A DNA stretch of 26,535 nt. It comes from Candidatus Poribacteria bacterium. GTDB taxonomy: Bacteria; Poribacteria; WGA-4E; UBA9662. Shown here piece after piece: positions 19,744 to 26,535 of this stretch (positions within the stretch are counted from its first letter, which is position 1; the number at the start of each line of letters is the position of its first letter). Position numbers and translations under genes: made by a program. Under the pieces are notes generated by a model that saw only the letters and a list, made by a program, of their open reading frames with translations, made no database searches and was not told the DNA's origin. The stretch is taken from positions 1 to 26,535 of the forward strand of contig JAYGDX010000363.1 in the NCBI GenBank assembly GCA_046582655.1, given 5' to 3'.

Positions 19744-20708
19744 ATGCTGACCAGTTTTGAAAAACCCCAAACCCGTCTATTTTATATTGACAAAATATCT
19801 AGACAACCGGATCAAACAATGGCGAATGTCGACTTCCATGATATTGGATCTTCGTTGAATTACCCTGTTGAAAATACAATTCAATCTACTCAATATGATA
19901 CAGGCACAGGAACAGTGGACACGGAGACTTTAACAAACAGCAAAGATGAGGTATCGGATATTCACGTTGACTCCCTTGCCTACTGGTTACGCACGGTCAT
20001 GAAACATAAGCTTTTATCGAAAGAAGAAAAAAAAGTTAGCAAAACGTTAGCAAAACAAATCGAATTAGGAAACGAACTCGCTCGTCAAAAACTCGTTCGG
20101 GCTAATTTACGGCTTGTTGTTGCTGTTGCTTCAAAATATTCAGGACTAAACGTCTCAATGGAAGATCTGATTCAAGAAGGAAATATCGGTCTTATCAAGG
20201 CAACATCAAAATATAATTATCGACTCGGATACAAATTTAGCACTTATGCCATATGGTGGATCCGACAAGGTGTTCTTAAGGCTCTTGATAATCATTCACG
20301 GACAGTTCGTATCCCTTCCTATATTAGAATAAGTTAACTGCCGCTTATGATTTTTTATATCAGGACCTACAACGTGAACCAACAACAGAAGAGGTTTCGC
20401 AACACAGTGGGATTTCTATCGAGAAGACCAGCGAAGCATGGTCGTACAACCTTCACACGTCATCCCTGGATTCTATCTTGAAAAACAGAGAAGAACCCGC
20501 CATTGCATCCATAGAGGATGAAGCATCTGGCCCAGAGCAGAACCATATCTTGCCGTTGATTAACCAGAACTTGGTTGAGTTCCTTTTAAGTAAATTAAAA
20601 ACACGAGAGCACACAATTCTCAAATTGCGCGTAGGATTAGAAAACGGAAAGGACAAAACGTTAAAAGATATAGGAAAAAGACTAAACCTTACCAGAGAAC
20701 GCGTTTGA
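19744..20708 (+). pseudogene. Disrupted RpoD/RpoS-like (group 1/2) sigma-70 factor
   Basis: Region 1.2 (DSLAYWLR..LLSKEE), region 2 (LVRANLRLVV..DLIQEGNIGLIKA..GYKFSTYAIWWIRQ), RTVRIP, frameshift near 20328, region 3 (LQREPTTEEVS..SLD), and region 4 ending prematurely at LTRERV*. The start could be 19744 or 19819. Confidence 0.88.
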
Positions 20709-20724
20709 TTTTAGTCTTGTGCGT

Positions 20725-21678
20725 TTAACGATTCGACTTAGATACCCCACCTATTACAGTGATCTTTGGCACAGGAGTCGGCTGCTGTTCAACACCTACA
20801 AAATCGTCCCAGTCCCGCTGAATAACGTCAGTTGCAGGCATCTCTCCATCAGCAACTAAAAATCGGTAGAGAATATTTAGCGTCTCACCCGCTTCAATCA
20901 GATGAGTAAAGAAGGCACCGAAACGACCATAATCCCGGTAGGCAGAAAACTTGGTTTCTTTCGGGTTATATGAGTGATTCATCTCTACTATGCTGTAACG
21001 CTTCTCGTATAAAGTATAAGTTTCTCCTACCCACGAATAGTCAAGATCAGTTGTAGGATCAGCTTTCTCTTTAGGGAATATGTAGGTTGTTTCTTCCGGA
21101 ATGACTTCGTTAGCTGGACGATATTGAACACCTGCGTGCTCCGGGTCCCCATCTAGAAAAACATCTGAGCCTATTGCTTTGAGCTGCGCACTAAAATCGA
21201 TTCGCAACCGAAAAGGTTGAGGTGCATGACTAATCGACATTGTCCTGATTTCTTCGACCATCGGTACCTGAGCTTCATCGTGCCAGTGGGTTAGCGAAAC
21301 AATTTCGGCACCGTCTGAATTAGCACGAGTGTCCAAGAATTGCTTATGCACAATCTCTCCCCCTGTCATATGCCAGCGGTCGTAGGATTTCCCTTTAAAT
21401 TGAATCTTATTCCAGCCGATAAAAATCCCTCGATGGTGAGTAAAATGCCCCCCGAATCCCTTGGTAATTGGTCTTTCACCATCGGCATCGAAGACGTGTA
21501 AATAAGGCTTATAGGTTTCATGCAGGCGATCAGGTGTGGAATTATCGTAAGCGTACATATAACGACAGACGATTCGGCCATCAAGCATCACTTCAAGATA
21601 TTCATTGGTTCTATCTTCTATGCTGAAACCTGTTGCAACGTTTTGTCCATTTATCAAAAGTGGCAGATAGGGGAACAT
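20725..21678 (-). CDS. DUF6807 (formerly 'PmoA'-labelled) family protein
   Basis: YKPYLHVF..ITKG..HFTHHRGIFIGW, EEIRTM, IDFSAQL, RDYGRFGAF, YRFLVADG; strong GGAGG RBS. Confidence 0.7.
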   Translation of the reverse strand: MFPYLPLLINGQNVATGFSIEDRTNEYLEVMLDGRIVCRYMYAYDNSTPDRLHETYKPYLHVFDADGERPITKGFGGHFTHHRGIFIGWNKIQFKGKSYDRWHMTGGEIVHKQFLDTRANSDGAEIVSLTHWHDEAQVPMVEEIRTMSISHAPQPFRLRIDFSAQLKAIGSDVFLDGDPEHAGVQYRPANEVIPEETTYIFPKEKADPTTDLDYSWVGETYTLYEKRYSIVEMNHSYNPKETKFSAYRDYGRFGAFFTHLIEAGETLNILYRFLVADGEMPATDVIQRDWDDFVGVEQQPTPVPKITVIGGVSKSNR

Positions 21679-21795
21679 ACAATATTTCCTCCTTAAGGAA
21701 AATATAAAAGAATTATTTTGTCATTAAACAGTGCTTTTATCAGTACACCGGAACTCGAGATCAACCAACAACTTTGCTAAGAAGCTTCATCTCTG

Positions 21796-22707
21796 TCAAA
21801 GTTGGGCTTGTTGACGGGCATGGTAGGAACTCCTGACCAGTGGTCCAGCCTCAACGTGTCGGAATCCCATCTTTAGACTGGCAGTTTTCAACTGCTCAAA
21901 TTCTTCTGGAGTGTAGTAGCAATCAACATTAAAGTGCTTCTTTGAAGGAGACAGGTATTGTCCAATCGTAAGTAAATCACAGTTTGTATCGCGGATGTCT
22001 TGGATCGTTTCTAGCAGTTCAGTAGTATTTTCGCCCAAACCAACCATTAATCCGGATTTTGTCAACACCTTTGGGTTCATTTCTTTACTCAGACGAAGTA
22101 GCTCAAGTGTCCTCTCATAGTCAGCACGCGGACGGATTCGCCGATAAATTCGTGGTACAGTTTCTGTATTGTGATTTAACACATCGGGTCTCGCCTCAAC
22201 GATAGTTTTCAGTGCCTCCCAGTTTCCTTCAAGGTCAGGGATCAAAACTTCAACCGTACAGTCGGGGCTACGCAACCTTGACTCCAGAATACATTCAGAG
22301 AAAATCTTTGCGCCACCATCTGGTAAGTCATCACGATTAACAGAAGTAATCACCACATGCTTGAGTTTCAAATATTCAACAGCTTCACCGATTCGACGTG
22401 GTTCATCATGATCAGTCTCTGTTGGGTTGCCCTTAGTAACTGCACAGTACATACAACGTCGGGTGCAAACATCACCTAGTATCATGAAAGTTGCTGATCG
22501 ATCGTTCCAGCATTCCCCGATATTTGGACATTGGGCTTCCTCGCAAACTGTGTGCAGATTGAGACCACGCATTAATTGTTTCAGATCTCTATAGTTTGGG
22601 CCATTAGAGATTTTGGCCTTGATCCACGGAGGGTGACGGCGCTTATACGAATTTGCTTCTGTATTTGATTTGGTTCCGGGTTGAATTAATGGAAGAGGTT
22701 TAGTCAT
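21796..22707 (-). CDS. lipA: Lipoyl synthase
   Basis: CEEAQCPNIGEC (CX4CX5C), radical SAM CTRRCMYC, VITSVNRDDL, NHNTETV, KSGLMVGLGE, TIGQYL, RSSY. Confidence 0.97.
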   Translation of the reverse strand: MTKPLPLIQPGTKSNTEANSYKRRHPPWIKAKISNGPNYRDLKQLMRGLNLHTVCEEAQCPNIGECWNDRSATFMILGDVCTRRCMYCAVTKGNPTETDHDEPRRIGEAVEYLKLKHVVITSVNRDDLPDGGAKIFSECILESRLRSPDCTVEVLIPDLEGNWEALKTIVEARPDVLNHNTETVPRIYRRIRPRADYERTLELLRLSKEMNPKVLTKSGLMVGLGENTTELLETIQDIRDTNCDLLTIGQYLSPSKKHFNVDCYYTPEEFEQLKTASLKMGFRHVEAGPLVRSSYHARQQAQL

Positions 22708-22899
22708 GAAAGATTCTTAGTATTGATCGGTTAGCTCTAGTTATGTAAGTATACGGTGTATGTAAAATGCAAAAAAGTTATTTATACACTTTTTGTTGAT
22801 TATTAATGGTTACAAAATATAAAACTCTATTCTTGAAGCCTGGGTTTACGCCTTTTCCACCAAGGATATTCTTGAACGGATGACAAATTAGTTTCAACA

Positions 22900-22932
22900 T
22901 CAATTGGCCCGCTAATCTGGCGAGCCAATTGA
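22900..22932. other. Intergenic stem-loop (possible terminator or processing site)
   Basis: TCAATTGGC-C-CGC-TAATCTG-GCG-A-GCCAATTGA: a 9-bp stem, one mismatch and 3 more pairs; no clear poly-U tail. Confidence 0.4.
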
Positions 22933-23050
22933 ATATATGTTCTCGATACAATGTTAGGAGGTAACATCAAATTTTCCCATTACTATATAAGGTCAACGCT
23001 TAGTCAGTTATAACCAGAATATCTTGAACCAAACAGAAGAGGTTACACAT

Positions 23051-24130
23051 TTAATTACTATTGCGCTTGATCTGTCCCCATATAGTCATAAGATTGACAG
23101 CAGGTGTGACCAAATATCCAGCAGAATTAAACCAGTCAGGTTGAAAGTCGGATACCGGATGATTTGTCAGGTTACGTAGATTGTTGCCATCAACATCCGT
23201 CACGTAGACTTCATAGTTTAGATCTCTCTCCGATACAAAGGCAATCTGTCTACCATCAGGTGACCAGCTTGGAAGCCCGTCGTACGCCCGATGATCTGTC
23301 AGTCTGCGTAGATTATCGCCATCAGCATCCATCACATAGATATTAAACCTCCCATCCCTAAGGGATTGAAAAGCAATCCTTTGACCATCAGGTGACCAGT
23401 TTGGAGGCCCATCGTACGCCGGATGATTTGTCAGTTTGCGCAGATTGTTGCCACTGGAATCCATCACGTAGATATTAAACCTCCCATTTCTCTCCGATAC
23501 AAAGGCAATCTGTCTACCATCAAGTGACCAGCTTGGCGACTCGTCCTCCCCGAGATGATTTGTTAGTCTACGCAGATTGTTGCCATCAACATCCGTCACG
23601 TAGACTTCATAGTTTAGGTCCCTCTCCGATACAAAGGCAATCTGTCTACTATCAGGTGACCAGCTTGGTTGACCATCGTACGCCGGATGATTTGTCAGGT
23701 TACGTAGATTGCTGCCACTAGAATCCATCACGTAGATATTAAACCTCCCATTTCTCTCCGATACAAAGGCAATCTGTCTACCATCAGGTGACCAGCTTGG
23801 CGACTCGTTCTTCCCGAGATGATTTGTCAGCCTGCGCAGATTGTTACCGTTGGAATCTACCACGTAGATCTCCGCGCTCTCACCCCCATCCCTACCCGAC
23901 ACAAAGACAATCCTTTTGTCGTTAGGTGACCAGCTTGGTTGACCATCATACGCTGGATGATTTGTCAGTCTGCGTAGATCGTTACCACTAGAATCCATCA
24001 CGTAGATTTCATAGTTCCAATCCCTATCCGATACAAAGGCAATCTGAGCTTGACTGGTTTGACTAAAGGACAAGAAAGTAACCAACATGATAACTAGACA
24101 AACAACCTTGTACTTGATGATCATTTTCAT
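23051..24130 (-). CDS. Secreted TolB-like PD40 (WD40-like) beta-propeller protein, seven repeats
   Basis: Signal peptide MKMIIKYKVVCLVIMLVTFLSFSQTSQA from ATG 24130 (the ORF track extends to 24319); seven 44-46-aa repeats IAFVSxR..IYVMDxxGxNLRxLTNH..PxWSPDG; no TolB N-terminal domain. Confidence 0.9.
   Translation of the reverse strand: MKMIIKYKVVCLVIMLVTFLSFSQTSQAQIAFVSDRDWNYEIYVMDSSGNDLRRLTNHPAYDGQPSWSPNDKRIVFVSGRDGGESAEIYVVDSNGNNLRRLTNHLGKNESPSWSPDGRQIAFVSERNGRFNIYVMDSSGSNLRNLTNHPAYDGQPSWSPDSRQIAFVSERDLNYEVYVTDVDGNNLRRLTNHLGEDESPSWSLDGRQIAFVSERNGRFNIYVMDSSGNNLRKLTNHPAYDGPPNWSPDGQRIAFQSLRDGRFNIYVMDADGDNLRRLTDHRAYDGLPSWSPDGRQIAFVSERDLNYEVYVTDVDGNNLRNLTNHPVSDFQPDWFNSAGYLVTPAVNLMTIWGQIKRNSN
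23125..24045 (-). repeat. Tandem ~132-bp coding repeats (PD40 blades)
   Basis: Recurrent CCGATACAAAGGCAATCTG, GGTGACCAGCTTGG and GATGATTTGTCAG at ~132-bp period. Confidence 0.9.
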
Positions 24131-24553
24131 ACCTAACCTTTCCCTAAAGCCTAGAGGTCTAAATTCACGAATCCACTGAACCATACTGGTGTCTTGTTGA
24201 TTGCCGGGTTGCTGAACTAGCTTAGGCTTGATCATCTTAATATGATCAAGCATGTTCTGTAAAGTAACATGTTTACCAGCATCAATGAGAGGTTGAAATA
24301 AGTGCGGATATAGTCTCATTGAGTTGTTTTGATTAGCCTCAGGGAAGAATTGTTAGCCAAACGGGATCGCGGGTGATCTGAGCCATAGCCATGTGAGATG
24401 ATCTAATCCTTGATGTTGCTTAATATACTGGTTAGGCGCATCAGATGGTTTGGAATGGAGTTGAATATGAGTTTTGTTGAGAACTTGTTACCTGTTGAAA
24501 GTCAATGAGATCATCCACTGATAGAATGGGAGATGTTAGTTTCCTGAAAGGCA

Positions 24554-26008
24554 TCACTTTTTCGGAGAATCCATGGCCTTTTGGATTTCCATTAATTGAT
24601 CTTTGTAGTGCTGATTATCAGGAGCGATTGCCAGCGCTTTTCGAATCGCACTTTCCGCTTTCTGATACAGTTTGCTTTTATAATAAGCATAAGCAAGGGT
24701 ATCAAAATATGGTGCCGTTGGATCCAGCATTGCCGCCTTTTCTGCTAATTCAATGGCATAGTCAAGTTTTATTCCGAGTCCAGCACACAGGCGTGCCAAG
24801 TGATTGTGTGCTCTTGCAGAGTTTTCGTCTAAATCGACGGCCTGCTGAAAGGCATCAAAAGCGTTATCAAATTGCTCAGCATTGATATATATAACACCTA
24901 ATCTTAACCATTCCTGTATATTTTCTGGATGAAATTCTATTAGTTTTTGATAAGCCACAATTGCATTGTCAAAATCTCGTTGAATGATAGAAACTTCCCC
25001 TAGATCTTTGTAAAGGCTACTGAGTGTTGGATCAATTTGAATTGCCTTCAAAAGGTGGGATTTTGCCAGATTGAGTTTACCTTGTTGCATGTAGATACTA
25101 CCAAGACGTTGATAACCGATTTGAAACTCCGGATTCAAAGTAATTGACGCTCGATATGCGCAAATTGCTGCTTCTGTGTCGCGGGCTTTTTCGTGAATTT
25201 CTGCCAACTTAAGATATAGATGCGGGTTATTCGGACTAAATTGCAATGCCTCCCGATAACTGTATACCTGATCTTCGTAGGCTTTAACTCGTGTAAACAA
25301 CTCTATCTGGCCTTTTGCTTCTTCCAATTTGTGTGAGCGACGATAGGCTTGTGCAAGGTTATAGTAATTACCAGATGTAAAGGTATCTCGTTGAATTGCA
25401 TCCTTACAATATTTAATTGCAAGCTCAAACTGATTCTGCATTAGATAAGCACGTCCAAGTCCTGTATAAGGCTCAACAGAATCAGGGTCGAGACTGATCG
25501 CCTTTTGATAAGAACTAACAGCTAGATTGAAATTTCGACGATGAAGATAAATGTCCCCTAAGTGTGCATACGCTTTAGCCATCTTGGGAAGTATCTCAAC
25601 TGCAATTTTGCAATATTCTTCCGCATCCGTAAACTTTCCCTGTTCACCGTAAAGAACTCCTAAATGCAAGTATGCCTGTCCATATATTTGTTTCGGGGCT
25701 TTCAAAGTAAGGACGTGTTGATAAGCATCTACCGCTTTATCGATCATGTTTTTGTATCTATAAGCGTCACCAATACAATAATAAGTTTCGCTATGGTTCA
25801 AATTGATTTGTAAGATCTGATGAAATTCAGTAATTGCCTGATCATATAACTCCATTTCTATATAACGCTTTCCGCGTTCAAGATAATCTGCTATTGCGGA
25901 TTCTTCTGCCTCTGCTCCAAGCTGGCAAACAGGAGTAATCAACGACTCTAAAATAACAAGACAAACCGCTATGAAAAGCATGTGGGATCTACGAAAACGT
26001 TCTGACAT
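24554..26008 (-). CDS. Tetratricopeptide repeat (TPR) protein with an N-terminal signal/anchor
   Basis: Many 34-aa repeats (e.g. AYAHLGDIYLHRRNFNLAVSSYQKAISLDP); C-terminal DTLAYAYY..A..AIRKALAIAP. Confidence 0.9.
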   Translation of the reverse strand: MSERFRRSHMLFIAVCLVILESLITPVCQLGAEAEESAIADYLERGKRYIEMELYDQAITEFHQILQINLNHSETYYCIGDAYRYKNMIDKAVDAYQHVLTLKAPKQIYGQAYLHLGVLYGEQGKFTDAEEYCKIAVEILPKMAKAYAHLGDIYLHRRNFNLAVSSYQKAISLDPDSVEPYTGLGRAYLMQNQFELAIKYCKDAIQRDTFTSGNYYNLAQAYRRSHKLEEAKGQIELFTRVKAYEDQVYSYREALQFSPNNPHLYLKLAEIHEKARDTEAAICAYRASITLNPEFQIGYQRLGSIYMQQGKLNLAKSHLLKAIQIDPTLSSLYKDLGEVSIIQRDFDNAIVAYQKLIEFHPENIQEWLRLGVIYINAEQFDNAFDAFQQAVDLDENSARAHNHLARLCAGLGIKLDYAIELAEKAAMLDPTAPYFDTLAYAYYKSKLYQKAESAIRKALAIAPDNQHYKDQLMEIQKAMDSPKK

Positions 26009-26033
26009 GAAATAAAAATAAAGTTATATGAAT

Positions 26034-26534
26034 TTACTGATTATTATAAATATACATTCCCCCCGAACTTAAGGAGGGGGAAGTAGTGTTATGTCCACCC
26101 CAGACAATCATGCGATCTCCCGTCCAGACAGCTGTGTGATTGGACCGGGCTTCGAGCGGATTATGATTGACCATCAGGTCCCAAGCATCTGCTGCCAAGT
26201 CATATATTCCTCCAGATTTCAGGGGGGAAGAAGGTGTATTGTGTCCACCCCAAACAATCATTCGACCTCCCGTCCAAATTGCTGTAGACGCTCCTCGCGC
26301 TTTAGGAGCGTTCCGAACTGACATAGGACTCCAGGTACTTGTTATTGGATCGTATGCTCCTCCGGTATTTAAGGTATTCTTTCCATTAAACCCACCCCAG
26401 ACAATCATTCGATCCCCCGTCCAGACAGCTGTATGAAAGGAACGTGCCCTAGGTGCGTTCTGAACCGACATAGAACTCCAGGTATCTGCTAGCGGGTCGT
26501 ACATTCCTCCAGTGTTCAAGGTGTTTTTCCCATT
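26034..26534 (-). CDS. Kelch-repeat protein, C-terminal part (partial, continues beyond the window)
   Basis: ~49-50-aa repeats GGxYDPxxxxWxxM..PxARxxHTAVWTGDRMIVWGG; the frame is open to the window edge. Confidence 0.88.
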   Translation of the reverse strand, partial: NGKNTLNTGGMYDPLADTWSSMSVQNAPRARSFHTAVWTGDRMIVWGGFNGKNTLNTGGAYDPITSTWSPMSVRNAPKARGASTAIWTGGRMIVWGGHNTPSSPLKSGGIYDLAADAWDLMVNHNPLEARSNHTAVWTGDRMIVWGGHNTTSPSLSSGGMYIYNNQ

Positions 26535-26535
26535 A

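Noticed and set aside
20725..21678. Methane monooxygenase suggested by the old 'PmoA' family label
   Set aside because: The protein is soluble, with no transmembrane helices and no pmoB/pmoC neighbours; the label is a family misnomer.
22890..22960. Stem-loop as an integron attC site
   Set aside because: No properly paired RYYYAAC/GTTRRRY boxes, no integrase and no cassette array.
23125..24045. Regular repeats as a CRISPR array or DGR template/variable pair
   Set aside because: The repeats are in-frame 132-bp coding units with no unique spacers; no reverse transcriptase or cas gene is present and differences are not adenine-specific.
24153..24161. AGAGGTCTA, identical to the last 9 nt of the IS end
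   Set aside because: A 9-mer match is plausible by chance in a window this size, and the flanks do not match.
24131..24319. 63-aa N-terminal extension of the PD40 ORF
   Set aside because: A clear signal peptide begins at ATG 24130; the extension resembles nothing I recognise and is probably non-coding or a remnant.

Overview
Bacterial genomic window of moderate-to-low GC, almost entirely coded on the minus strand. The gene style points to Candidatus Poribacteria (inference): a PD40/TolB-repeat protein ending in VTPAVNLMTIWGQIK, a lipoprotein FGE-sulfatase-domain gene, and Kelch and TPR proteins. From left to right it contains: the 3' end of an IS5/ISL2-group element; a CE15 glucuronoyl-esterase-like gene; a decayed FGE-domain gene; a co-oriented catabolic-looking run (GGT, sulfatase, cupin, atypical SDR, 590-aa protein with a C-terminal DUF59-like domain, amidohydrolase); remnants of a beta-propeller hydrolase, an MFS symporter and a hexapeptide acyltransferase; an intact attE/FG/H-like ABC transporter plus lipocalin operon; a broken B12-dependent CarH/LitR photoreceptor gene with a 4 x 11-bp operator-like array, divergent from a broken group 1/2-type sigma-70 gene; a DUF6807-like gene; lipA; and PD40, TPR and Kelch repeat proteins. 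The most notable signals are the decayed CarH-sigma light-response module, a GC-rich segment spliced into the sulfatase at its active-site motif, and catalytic-residue substitutions in three neighbouring intact genes. No rRNA, tRNA or CRISPR array was seen.
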